Shown here: one piece after another, positions 33,571 to 47,200 of the stretch
Layout: each line of letters opens with the position of its first letter
Numbering within the stretch: position 1 is the first letter of the stretch
Assembly (NCBI GenBank): GCA_024704765.1
Contig: JAKMXF010000318.1
Span: forward strand, 304,159 to 368,158
Length of the DNA: 64,000 nucleotides
Direction of reading: 5' to 3'
Source of the DNA: Oopsacas minuta
Lineage: Eukaryota > Animalia > Porifera
Translations under genes and position numbers: made by a program
Notes under the pieces: generated by a model
Database searches by the model: none
What the model was told of the DNA's origin: nothing
Seen by the model: only the letters and a program-made list of their open reading frames with translations

Positions 33571-34369
33571 CTATTTACAAGCACTATAAGCAGCCTCATC
33601 TACTAGCCAGGATACTAGTTTAGCCTTGACTAGTCCAGCAGGTAATACGTCATCAGGCTTGTCAGGCTTGATACATCTCTTCAGGGCATCTGCCTTGCTT
33701 GATCCTGTGGTGACTATTGCAGTATGTTTAGAGTTATTGAGTACAGGATAAGTCATGGTAATACGATTAGGTGGAGGCTTAGGAGAGTTTGTAATTGGAA
33801 TAATCCATTCTTTGCTTTCATCAAGTCCTATATAATAGACCAAATTGATAAATATTGCAAATATATGAGGTTAATAGAGTACCTTGATGTTGTGGGAAGA
33901 GAGAGCAGGTATGTCCATCAGGTCCCATTCCTAACAGCAACAGATCGAATTCAGGAAGATTCTTACCGAACACGCTCTCAAGCTTGTCTCTGTAACCTTT
34001 AGCGGCTACTTCAAGCTCAGTTGTTGGATCTATGCGGAATATGTTTTTATCTGGGAGAGGGACATGATCAAACAATGCTTTCTTGTACTCTCCATAAGTA
34101 CTGGCTTCATCGTCTAACGGCACGTGACGCTCATCGCAGAAAAATACCCGCCAATTGTCCCACTTAATATCAGCTGACTTCACCTTAAGAACCTCTGACA
34201 ATGCTTTTATCAAACTACCTCCTGACAAACCAATAGTGAATACACCGCGAGCTTGGATAGCTTCCGTAGCTGACTGTAGAACCAATTTATCTAGGTGTGA
34301 GGATAATTCCTCCTGTAGCTTATCCTGTTTCAGCACGATTACCTCGATACTACCTTTAACTTCTGCCAT
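33571..34369 (-). CDS. PGLS: 6-phosphogluconolactonase, 2 exons
   Basis: Exons 34369-33883 and 33827-33571 (55-nt GT-AG intron, phase 1). Motifs GLSGGSL, FFCDERHVP, FDLLLLGMGPDGHTCSLFP, SPKPPPNRITMT, LPAGLV, WLVDEAA. Confidence 0.95.
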
Positions 34370-35227
34370 TCGATATTGCTAAGGATATACGTAGCCGATA
34401 ATATCTACAATCATAGCATTCTATACACAAAAGAATGCTATGCTATTGCTATGACTATGGCTTATAGAAAGTTATGCTAGAAGCTAATTCTAATTTATAA
34501 GTGGTGGAAATTTAAGACCCTTGATTATTATTAGGAAACCAAAAGATTTTCAAATTGTTCAGATATATATCGGGGGAAATACAGATTTAAATTCAGAACG
34601 GCGAAGTCTAATCAATGTTTCTTCAAAGTCATCACTTCTAAATGAAGTGGAGGAGTTGGCTCGTATTCCCGAGTCCGACTCCTTTGTAAATATTAAAAGA
34701 GTGTATAATACACAATTAGTAACCTTGTCTATACAGATGTGTAGCTGGGATTACACTATATATTATGTCAGTACACGCATTTGTAAGTGCCCGTACTTGA
34801 TCCTCTGTATCTACAATTGTTTTCCTATAGGGCTAGGAGATAAATTCCTGATCAATTTTATGGAAGCGTAGTCATTAAAATTTCCAATTTGAGACCGATA
34901 TAACTAAGATTGTTCTAAATAAAATATTTAATTTAACAGTAATAAACAATGCATTAGTGTAAACTTATTGAACAAATGTTGGCGTAAACAATGCCAATGC
35001 TTAAAATGGTAGAATTTATGTATGTATGTATGTATCCTGCATGCAAACTGATAACTTGTAAACAAACATTGGAAGAGTTACTATACAAGGCCACAGGGGC
35101 AAATTATATAACGCTTAAAATCTACAAAGTTTGTAAGAAGTGTGTGAGTACTTCGTAGATAACTTATAGCAACGTAAATAGTCTATAAATATGTACAATC
35201 AGCAGCTCTGTGAAAAGCTAAAAACAT

Positions 35228-38200
35228 CTAATTCTCATCCCAGAGAGGATCTCTTCTTGCATTGATGGTGTATAGCAAATGATCCCGCATAACTTCTAGG
35301 GAAGAGTATTGAGGGAGTTTGATTTGGAATATGCAGGTTTCTGCACGAATAAATCGTTCATCCAGGTTACTAGCACCCTTGGAGTCTGGGGCAGCTATTA
35401 TCATAGGAAAGGGGGGAGTGTGTCGTATTTCTTCACCTCCTTGACTACAAGGACACTCTGATGGAATTCGTTCCAAATTGCAGGCAAATTTGATAAACCT
35501 GCGTAATTCTTCTTGAGAGAAGCTCTTTAGAACTTGCCAGAAGAATTGTATGTGTTTGTCTGCTTCAAGGAGACCCACAGAATATTTGGTATGTCGCATG
35601 AGGAATCCAATCTCTATTTGAGGAGTACCACATATCTTAAACTCTAATCCTTCAGGAGAGAAGAGTTTTAGAATGTGGATTGGTAGGGTAGCTGCTATCC
35701 CACACTTGATGGCATCAACTTTCTTCTCACAGCTGTACTCTTTCAATTTAGCTTTTCTCATAAGTGATACATAAAATTCTCTTTGGGAGAATATTGGAGA
35801 GTTTGGGAGAGATTGTCCACAATGTTTTCTCATAAGTTTAAGAAATTCAGAAGGTTTCTTCTCCTTTTCTTTGAGTTCAGAGGACTCTTGGAATGAAGGC
35901 AGTACCTCTTCTTCTTCTATAGCTTCGTATAGCAGAGAATCAAAATCCTCCATCTCTATGTCTAGCAGTTGCTGAGTCAGGTTATAAGTAACTCTGTCAA
36001 TCTCACAGAGATCTGTATTGTCAGGAGCTAGAGATAACAGCTGTTTCCAGAAGATGGGCATTAAATCTAGTGGAAGAGGTATGTTAGCACGTAGAGATAC
36101 ACCAATAAACATTCCTAGATACATTAGCAGTCTCTCCTCTAAGTATGTCATAGGGGTAGGATTTAAAATGTATCTGTCTTTATGAAAGCCAGCTCCTGCA
36201 CTGGGACAAGAGACGAATAAGGGTAGAGAGGAGGATTTGATTTCTACTACAATTCTCCAAATAAAGTGTCTGAATGAACCAGCATTTCCATGAACTCCAG
36301 GCATCCTAACGTCGAAAGCATAGGTCGGTTCTCCGCCTATTTGTCGCAGGTCTACACAAAGCTGGGGTGAAGGAGTTCTGGTGAGTTGCTGAACTCCCTG
36401 ATAGAATTCTGACCCCCATGGAGAGGTCTGGGTTCCTTCCACACTGTGTAATGCATCAATCTCTATAACAGGGGGATCCTTGCCTGCTCTCCTAGCAGTG
36501 CTTTTAATAAGAAATTCCAATATCTTGGTTTGGTTGTCATAGAATAACAAGTGTCGTTTGGAGAGGAGAGCGTTGCCCAGGCTCTCAGTGTTGGTAGCAG
36601 CACTCCTGAAATCTGTGAAAGGAATAAGATCCTCGAATAAAGCATTCAGTTTTGTTAGAATAACATATCTAACTCGTACCACAGAAATAGGAATATTCTG
36701 CAAGATTTGAGTACAAGGATGTGATAAGAGAGCTTCAGAAGGCCAGATTTCATTAGCTTTTAATACTGATGGAGTAAGAGATAGATTTCTACAGATTAAG
36801 TTTACAAAGTAAACCAGAGCTTGATCCATCTCAAAGCTCCAATCGATATACGCCTCCTCTGTCATTATATCACCTAACAATTCTCCAGTCAAACCATAAC
36901 CACAGCAAGCTAGGCCGCGAGATAGAGAACGAATATCTTTCTTAGTAGCTTCTAAACAAATGTTCTTGAAGGCTACAAGATTAATTGTACCCTCTTTTGT
37001 AAGATCCCATCTCCTGAATATCCTATTCAGATACTCTGCCATGGTTGGTTTGCCTCGAATAGCGTCAAAGAATCGATACAACAAGTTGTCTGGCCTTTCG
37101 CTGTTGAGGATATTTTGCTTGCTAACCTTCTCTTTGGTTCCTCTCTCACTGAGAGTAGTAGGTCTAGATTCTGGGGGAATACAAGACATGAATATTTTGG
37201 TAACAGCTTGTCTAATCTGAGGTTTTATCTCTTTCTTGTCTTCTGTGAATATTCTTGATTTGCAGTATTTGTCAAGAGCTTCGTTCAGTTTCTGGTCCTC
37301 TCCCATAAAGAAGGAGGAGGAGGCCAGAGATACGGATAGGTTAGACGGGACCTTTTCATCCAGAGAAGAAACGTACTTTGGAATTTCTCTGAGTATCTCT
37401 TCTCTAACTTGCGTAGCTTTTGAGGAGTGTTTCAACTCTATAACTGCTATACCTAATAACTCTAATACTTCTTTCTTAGGACTATTGCTCAAAGAAGGAG
37501 AAGATGAGGGAGTAGATTGTGGAGTAGAAGTAGGAATACTGATAGGTGTAGCTTGTATCTTTTCTTCCTCAGTCAATGTCACTGGAGGTGATTGAGAATC
37601 TGTTTGAGCTGATTCTTTAGGAATATCTTCAACGGTAGGTGTGGCTGTTGTAGTTGTTACGTCAGCATTACTCTCAGGCTTGTCAGTTGGAGGAGGAATC
37701 TCTTCAGTCTTCTTCAGAGCACTGGTCTCTACTTTATATATTTTCCTATGTGGTAGATACAGTTCATCATTTACAAGTCCTCCATGCATAACGGTTATAG
37801 ATTTAATAGCATCGATTACGTCATCAGGTTTCAACTGAGAATTCAAGCCGGTAATCACTAATAATCTCCTGCTGGTGTTCAGGTTGAGAATTTCGCGAGA
37901 AGCTTCAAAGGCTAACTTATTCATTGATTCTGTTTCTCGTTGTGTGTACAGATCGTCTAAGAGTGAGAAATTGTAGTAGAGAGATGTCAGCCAAGTATCA
38001 GATATTTTCTCTTTCGGCTTCTCTATCGGTTTCTTTTCTGTAACAGCTGGTCTCCTTGGTCGTTTGTCCTTCTTTCTGCCAGAAGGCAGTCCTCTATCGA
38101 CAGGATCTTTTACACTTATTTCAGCTTTGTGAATGGAAATTGAAGTTTGGTGTTCTGAGTAAGGCGTGGTACGCTGCACCTCTTCGTGAGCAACGATGAG

Positions 38201-41200
38201 ATTTAATAGAGTTTGGAAGTAGGTTGAGAACTTACCGCTACCCCCTTTAGTTACAGAAGTTGGTAAATGTAAACTCTTACTCTCTTCGATAATATTTGTA
38301 GAATCATTACCGGGAAATGAGTTTAATTCTTTCCCAAACAATTCAATTAGTTCTTCCTGTAAATAATGAATCTTCCTGAAAGAATCAATCAGAGAATTAG
38401 CAGAAGCAGGGTCTATACTCATAGCAGTACGAATGAGGTCTGCTAAGAGAGAGAACACTATTTCCCTTAAATAGGGAGGGGAATTGGTAGAATGAATGAA
38501 TTCGGTAATCCACTCAATACACTGCTTCAATAGAGGCATATAATCAGATATCACGAACAGAGCAGGTTTTTCTAGACACTCTTCAACTTCTAAAGAAGTA
38601 TCTTTAGGATCAGAGAGTTCTTCATCAATTAGAAAGCTTGGAACCTCACCAAAGGTTAGAGCGTCCAAAAGATCTTGTTGCTCATCCTTAGTTAAATGTT
38701 CGCTTATCTCGGAAGAGGGGATAGCTTTGCTCTTAGGCTTTGAAGGTTTTGTATCTTCATCGAATAAACTATCTTTTGTGTCTTTGGGAGTGATAGAAGG
38801 TATTTGAATACGTTTGTCTTTGAGGAAGTTAGAAAATTCCTGCAGGAAAGCTAGCCCGAGTGGGAGATCAGGATGTATACCAAATACTTCTACATTTGCT
38901 CCAGGATCACGCATGGTAGTCATCTGCAAGTGTATTCGGTTATCTGGTACAAGGAGAACTGGGAATTTGGCTCCACAATACGGCTGGATAGCAATATCTT
39001 TTGAGAGGACATTAGGGTATCTAACTATCTCGAAAAAGTTAACAGAATTCTTAGGTGGTTTATGAGAAGAAGGATGACCTTTGTACACGAACACTCTCAC
39101 CCATGGTCCTTCCGTTTTAGAAATAACTACGCTAGAAGCCTCGACACGACAAGCTGTGGCTGTAGACGGCTTGGGAGGAGGTTTAGCACCTGTACACATC
39201 TGACAAGAAGTATCAGCTCCAGGATTGCTAAAGGTACAGGTGGGACAAAGCCATTCTTTAGGAGCTTCTTCCTTTTTCGTCATTTCTCCGTCTGATACGT
39301 GTTTACATGCGACTAGCACACACGCAGCTGTAGGAATCTCTATGTCCATACTCTCTCTAGAGGCTGTAATAGGAACACTTACATTGGATATTGCATTGCT
39401 GCTCTGTTGGAAGATAGAACAAATCTCTGCTGAGATACTTTCTAGACTGTGTGCGTCATGACACTCAGAAATGAGTGCATAGAGTGTGCTACTGATGACC
39501 TGGGAATTCTTGTAGAAAAGAGATGCTATCTTGTTATCCAGAGCACTTATACAGTCAGAAGGCTGTAGGGATGATAGTCCTGACCAGGGTATTTGTGTAG
39601 AGTCTGGGAGAGCTGTAGCTAGACTCAAATAGGAAAACTGTTTGAGATAAGATATGCGAGTGATCAGGAGTTCAGGAGGTGAGCAGATAGGAGTCTGTAG
39701 AGGTGAATACTCTGATACAGGGAGTCTAAAATCTGTATGTGCTAGTAAGCTGACCAGGGCAGATTGACAATACTTCATTGTTAGAGCATTTTCATATTTT
39801 ATCAGTGCTCTATGCATATACACGTTGATGGACTGAGATCTAAGGATAGGAATGTTGCTCTTCCTCGCGCCTTTTGGAGGTTTCTCGAGTAAGTCTAGAG
39901 GGTACCAGTAACGTACCAACACGCCTTCATTCTCGAGATAGGTTTCAACTTGCACCAGGTTTGTGGTCTCTTCTTTAGCTAGAACTATTCCGGTCAGACC
40001 AAATGTTTTAGTCATTTCTTTAGTGTTAAACTTAGAACTGCCTCCAGTCTCAGGAGGAGATTTCTTAATTACTAGAATAATATTCTTTCTGACACTCTTA
40101 ATGTTTAGCTTTTCAGCTTCTACTTTCATATCCTCTAGCGTAGGATACTTCAAATTCTGAGGTCGTGTATGTGGCTCGTGTTCGTAAAGACTTTCTGCAA
40201 TCATAACGGCAAAATCACAAAGTCCTTGCTGCAGAGCTCCGACAATATTCTCTCTGCCTAATCTCCTCTCGTTATCGTTTCTGAATCTACGGTCTAGAGC
40301 TGGGAATACTCTCTCTTCCCAGGTTTTGATCAGCAGTTTTATAAGTTTATCTCTTTCAGCCTCTGTCTGGACATCATCTGTAGCTTCCTTATCAATATCT
40401 TCCCCTAATCCGACCCTTCCTCCAGGTCCTATCCACACCATATCATTGAGAGAATCGATCAGTTCGTATTGGTAGAATAGCTTAGCGTTATAGCCAGTGC
40501 TGTCACTTGTCTCTGGATAGAAAACTTTAACTCCTTCTGGCTCTTTCTCAATCTCTTTCTTAGCCTCTTTGTTCTCTGAGTTTTGAACAACTAACGGGTT
40601 TTTTTCCTCTGAATCTGACTCGCTGTCACTAGTGGGAGGGAAGGGCAGAGCCGCGAAGAGACGAACTATTTCCTCAGCAGACTCAGCAGAGGGAAGATTG
40701 AGAGCAGCGTCTCTGTGGTGATGTCCAAGATTGTAGGAGAAGTTTCTAGTACCAAAGTTAGCCCATACTTTTGTTCTCTTGAGGAAGCAGAGACAAGGAA
40801 AGAGAGCTTCTGCAACTCCGTTAACTTCTTGAGGTATCTTTTCTCCATTCACGGTTATATATACTCTGCCTAGAGGAGATTTATTCTTCTCTCGAATCCA
40901 ACCCATACCGACTATATCACGTCCTGTTAGTGGCTTAGGAAGACTGAATACGACATTATTCATTGCATCATCTCCTACACAATGCAACACGTTTCCATTG
41001 GATGCAAGCAGACAGGCACCTTGTGGTACTTTCCAAGCATCATCTTCATCTGCTTTAGGCAATTCCTGAGGTGCATACCCCATATAGAAAATGGGATCTT
41101 GTCCTAAATCCTGTACTGGGTTGAAGAGCTCTAGTTCCCAGTAGAAGGACGGAGTGAGAGGAGGTAAGGGCTCTGTAGAGTAGAGACGAATTCCGAATTC

Positions 41201-44200
41201 TTTCAAATCACAAATTGGATCAATAACAACATCCACACGCGTCATTCCATTAGTCATTATAACACCATACACGCGAGGATATGGCCGCTCTATGTCCCAG
41301 ACCAAATTCTTCCTCTCTATAGTCTTCTTGATGGTTATTGGTGGAGCAGGAGGACGAGCACAGTCCCTGTACATCATTCGCAAACTGATCACTTGTTTCT
41401 CTAATACATTGTCTCTGTCTGCTGGATTGCATTGCTTCGCAACTTCAAGGAACTGGTCGAGACAGGTAGGATGTTGTTTCAATATTATCTTTGCCATTTC
41501 ATAGTTTTGAGACAGACGACATAACAACAGGGCAGCTCTCGTTCGTATTTCATTGTACAGTCTACAGAGAGCATACTCAGGTCCACTAGCATCAACAGTT
41601 GGTGATACGTCTCCTAGATCCAGGCTAGGCTGTGAGAGGATAAACAAGAGAGAATTAATCATATCTTCTGATACATTAAGTTTATCTAGTGCTATCATTG
41701 GCAACGAATCTGCTACCAATCTTGCTTGTGGGATCTCAAATGCTTCTTTAGGCACACGGTGTTTGTTGACATCTACTCCGTTCTGTAAGTTTACAAGAGC
41801 TAAAGATTGTTGATCCAAAACTTCCTTCACAACTCCAATGTCTTTGATACAGTCAGTATTCAGGACTCTGACCTGTGCTCCCTTATGGATAGTTTCCTTG
41901 AACCCTCCTAGTATTGCGAGGACAGCTACAAGTGGTTTACCCTCTGCAAAGTACTTGAGAGGTGCCTGAGGAGGAGTTTGATGCAATTCAGTAGCTTTAT
42001 GAATGTTCTTACAAAGCGTATAGATAGAAGTGATAATACTACTGACTAAACCGAGCGTATCAGATATAACCTCCCTTATAGCAGACACCCAAGCATCAGC
42101 TCCACTAGTGCTTAGACTATGGAGCATGTTTATAATCTCAAATGCCATGGACACTGCTACTTGACCACTAATGAAGGGACGGAGAGGATCATTTCTAAGC
42201 ATTTCGTTCTTCTGTTTGCATTCTTCATAAGACTGTTGTCTCTTCAAATCGAATCCTCCTAGGGAAGAAGCTTTTCCAGAAGTTGGTTTTCCTACACTCA
42301 CCAAGAACTGCTTTCCAGCCAATCTCTGAGCAGTCCTCAGTGCCTGTGATCTAGAGGTGGAGCAGTACTCAGCTTTGGTACTGTCTTTCAAGGCAGTCAC
42401 GAGATTGAGGAGTCTAGCTGGATTGAATGGTAGTCCTGATATGTGACATTCGAAGTTTTCCGGTTGGAATATTGGCAAAGGGAGGGCGTGCTTCGGTTCC
42501 TCACCTCTTCTCCTGTGAACATAGACCGTTAATCTACTGTCGTCTTCAGAAGACTCTTCAGGATTCGTAATAACAATTTCCTCTGAGATATTGTCCTCCT
42601 GTTCTTCTCCTGCATAGCTAGTCGTGTCTGGTACCAAGAAATCTCCGAGTTTGAGTAGAAATAATTTTATAATGTTAGAAGCATTTGATTCTGCAGTTTT
42701 CCTAACCATACTGGCATCAAGGCTCTCTAGATCAGATGAACTGTCGTCTAGCATCGTGAAAGAAGAAGCTTGGAAATTTATGGAAAGCGAGTAATCAGGT
42801 AGTAAGATATCTGCACAATCTCTTTCTGTTAGGAGAGGTAGTACCACTCTACACAGCTGGAGAGTCAGATAGACGAGACTAGGAGAAGGTCTGTGGTCAA
42901 GCAACAGGCGAAGAAGTTTACTTACGAAAGAGGATTGACTGATCAACTCTTTGCCTAGTTTGCTCTTAGAGAGTTTGAGTAGAAGAGAGAGAAGGGAATG
43001 GAGCATGCTCGTGGCTAGAATTTCACAAGTGGCAATCAGATTCATTGTTCTGTCTAGATGCTTCTCGAGAAGGAAAGAGATCTGTTTGGACAATGTAAGG
43101 AGAGTGTCAGATATTTCTGAGGGTTTCTTCTTATCTTGCTTATAAATATACTGTAAAGCTAAGTACTGCAATGAACCCCAGGCTAAGTTTATAGTCTTTG
43201 TTATGTTCTTTTCTGAGATCTCCTCTGTACCAATTTGGTAATGCTCCTCACTGAATCCAGGCCCTGAAAAGTTCTGAGTGGACTGACAAGAGAGCAGAGA
43301 GTCTATTACCTTGATTAACTTACTCTGAATCATGACATCATCATCAAACACATAAAGGTCATTAGGAGAAGTTATGCATAAGTAAATAGAGTTCTTAGAA
43401 TATGCGAAAGGTTTAGAAACACAGAGATTAACTGCATTGAAGAAGGTTTTCTTGAAACTGTTTTTCACTTGTGCTACGCAGCCTGATCCGTATAACTCAT
43501 CAATCATAGCTCCCTCTCCGAGCCACCTAATGATGAAAGATAGAGACAGAGGTCCCCAACGCAATACCTTAGACAGGTCTAACAGCTGTTGGATGTATTC
43601 GATTGCTTTCAATCTAGATTTCGCTCGTTTCTTGCAATGTTTACTAGCATTGATAACATTCGCAGCAGTTATGTTCTTAGTCAGACTGATAGCTATATAG
43701 GAGAAGAGCTGGTCTATGTCAGATTTTGTACAAGCAGGTTTCTGAGTTTCTGCTTCTTTCTCACGATATGCTTCTCCTGTGATTTGGGGCACTGATATGG
43801 TACGGGAATAACTGGGTGGTTCAAGTGATAGGCCTATCATGTCTTTAGAATGGGTACGATAGTATTTAGAGCCGAAACAATCAGCTGATTCAATTTGAAA
43901 CAACAAGTGCAATTTCTCAGATATTGTTTCCAGCAGTAACTTCAGTTTAGAGAAAGGCTGAGATGGTTCAGGAATAGGCCGGGGCTCTGCCTTATGCTCG
44001 GGTTTTGTATGTGAATCTTCTGAAGGTTTAGCTTGTGAATCTTCTGAAGGTTTAGCTTGTGAATCCTCTGGAGTTTTAAATTGTGAATCCACTGGAAGTT
44101 TAACCTGTGAATCCTCAGTAGGTTTAGCTTGTGAATCCTCTGGAGGTTTAGATTGTGTATCTTCTGGAGGTTTAGCTTGTGAATCCTCTGTAGGTTTAGA

Positions 44201-47200
44201 TTGTGACTCTCTTGAAGGTTTAGCTTGTGAATCCACTGGAGGTTTAACCTGTGAATCCTCTGGAGGTTTAGATTGTGTAGCTTCTGGAGGTTTAGCTGGT
44301 GAATCCTCTGGAGGTTTAGCTTGTGACTCTCCTGAAGGTTTAGCTTGTGAATCTACTGGAGGTTTAACCTGTGAATCCTCTGGAGGTTTAACTTGTGAAT
44401 CCTCTGGAGGGTTAACCTGTGTATCTTCTGGAGGTTTAGCTTGTGAATCCTCTGAAGGTTTAGATTGTGAACCCTCTGGAGGTTTAACCTGTGAATCTTC
44501 TGGAGGAATAGGCTCAATTTTCGAAGTTAAGTCTATGTCATTCGGTTGTACTTCCGGATCTTTTGCCAGCTTCTTTTCTTTCTCTTTCTCCTTTTCTAGT
44601 TCCAAGTCTTCCTCTCCCCAAGAAAATGTACCATTGCGGATCTTAACCTCAGTTTTCAATATCTTTTGAATCTTATTGACTGCAACTAAAATATTCTGAG
44701 ATTCTAGTGAAGGTAGAGGTACCTCCAAAATCTGACAAAGAAACTCAAACTCTGTTTGAGAAGATTCCACTTCACTTAGACCAACAAAGAATGGAGTATC
44801 CTCTTCAGCTGAAAATCCCTGCACATAATCATCTATACACATTTCCCATTGATTCTCTAGATTTCCGATTAGCTGTAGTTTTCTTAACAACGCGTAAATT
44901 TTGTTAAATATGTAAGAAAACAATTCTACTTCTTCTTCAGAACTTATGCCTGGGTTTAGGATGTTTACAATAGCTAAGTTGAAGTGTTTCTCAGAAGCTG
45001 CTAACACTCTCTCCATCAAAAGTTTGGGTTGTATGAGTGCAGATAATCTCGGTTGGAATAATGGTAGAGGTTTGTTCAGCTTTGTTATAAGTTTAGAAAT
45101 AGTTTCTTCAGGAATTTTCTCGGATATTTTGTGAATTTGGGCTTGTCCATTAGATTTCGATTCTCCAACAGAAATATCACAACCCTGAAGGAATTTGAGT
45201 CTTAGAATCGGAGCTGCTTTGACCTCGTCTTCGCACTCATCTACACCAAAGTAAACTTCCTCTAAGAAATCTGAAATGACACTCAAGCTTCCGAGGAAAT
45301 GATCCATGAACAATGGTAGACACGATTCAGCTAATGACTCATGACCAAACACATGTACAGAAAATCCCCACACTACTTTGTCAGGTATATTGCCTTCACG
45401 TCTACTTCTCTGTTCGTACTGAATCATAACTGTATCTCCCTCAATTCGGATAATCTCTTTAGGCCACATTAATCCATAGACGGGGCGTGTTCCATAGCCA
45501 TGAACATTCCCTCCGTATTCAGCAACCTTTTTTAGATTATTACAGCGTCCTGAGTAGACTGTGAGGATGTCAGAATCTGCCAATTGAGTAGAACAACGAG
45601 AATCAAAACGCAGAAATAAGAATTTTGCTCCTGGAATAGATACAGAATCTTTGAACTTGTAATCGTCTCTGAGAGGATGGATAGAATCTAATATCTTCTC
45701 TCCTGGTTTGGAGAGATCAGGAATCTTGGGATCAGCGAGGATATTCTTTGCTGAGCAGAAGAATTCATCCAAAGAATTGTAATGAGGAAAAGTCTTACCA
45801 TCTTGAGTAGTGTTTATATAAGAGTAGTATATAGAGGCTACTTTAGCACTTATCGTAATCAGATCAATGACTCTAGCAATTATTTCCTCCTTACTGGAGT
45901 TGTCAGTGCTGGAGAGATAGAAGCACGCAATAGAGGGAATGTAAAAGGAGAGGAGACATCCAAGAATTGTACCGTGAGTGAGACGTGTGAGGCCTGTTAG
46001 TCTCTCTGGGCCAGGTTTAGAGGGATCTGATCGCGTGAAGAGGAGAGAGAGGACATGATACACCTCTTGATAAACTTCCAATGCACAATCCAACACTGAA
46101 TTAATCTCAGCAGCAATTTCGCTTACTTCACGCTTAGGGGTGCTAGGCAAATCAATGGTAGTGTTAAGTTCCTCGCCCCCCTGTGGGTTCTCAGCCATCT
46201 CAGTCATCACCAGAGGGTCTATTATGAGTAGTTTGAGTTGATAGATAAAGTATGACTGTACGTACTGGAGGATAGGACTGATAAACGGACTGGTGGAAAG
46301 TAAGTTAGAGAATTCTTCATCTGAAGCAACAGCACAGCTTCTAATAGTATCAATAGATTCTTTGGTAGCCATTTTAAGCAGACGAGTAGCAATCTCCTTC
46401 CGCAGTACACAAGAAGTTCTCTGATCCAACAGCTGTATGTTTTCCAGATCGTAACTTAAGGACCGCAGCATCTGATCACAAATAAACCTGTGCTCTGGAA
46501 TATCGTATAGCTCTAAGTAATCACTCAATTCAATGTTAACATCATCTTCTTCATAGAGAATTGAGCTATGCTGGAATAGAATATATCTACTCTCTCTACG
46601 GATAGGCTCTATTATCCAATTCAATTCGACTGCAGTCCGAGAACTCTTACAGAGGAACATACAAATAGATTTCAACTTTACAAGGACATCTTTTCCCTCG
46701 TCCTCCTTCTCAAAGGTGAGCATGTGAGAACGAACGAAAGCTCGTATAATGTAAAGCAAGCAGAGGGTAAGAAACTGGTCCGAGATGGCTGTTACCCACT
46801 CCAATAGGTCAACACTCTTCTGCATTATCATCAACTTCAATACAACATACTTGTCAGGAGCTGGCTTATTGTACAGATTGTTACAGGCGAGTAGACCTGC
46901 ATAGTAGAGCATGTTTCTGATGACGTCAGCACATTTAACCGGCTTATTATCGTCATCCTCTTCCGTATGAGATTGAGTTTTAGTTTTATTCATTGGAATA
47001 TCAACATATGACTCACAGCGTACTGCTTGTCCAGGTGGATTATAAACAATATCAAGTGTCAATCCAAAGTGAATATCAACCATTTTCTTGCTGAAATTAA
47101 CTCCCAGCATCCACTGATCAGTCCAAGTATCAGTACAGGACCATAACGAGTTGTTATAAGGATCGTAGCACGTGGTTAAGCTCGTGGCTATAGAGCGTGC

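Noticed and set aside
34412-34442. Perfect 11-bp hairpin CATAGCATTCT-N9-AGAATGCTATG upstream of PGLS
   Set aside because: Isolated and short; no supporting context.
34521-34871. 116-aa plus-strand ORF between PGLS and HECTD4
   Set aside because: Non-ATG start, no domain, and intergenic composition.
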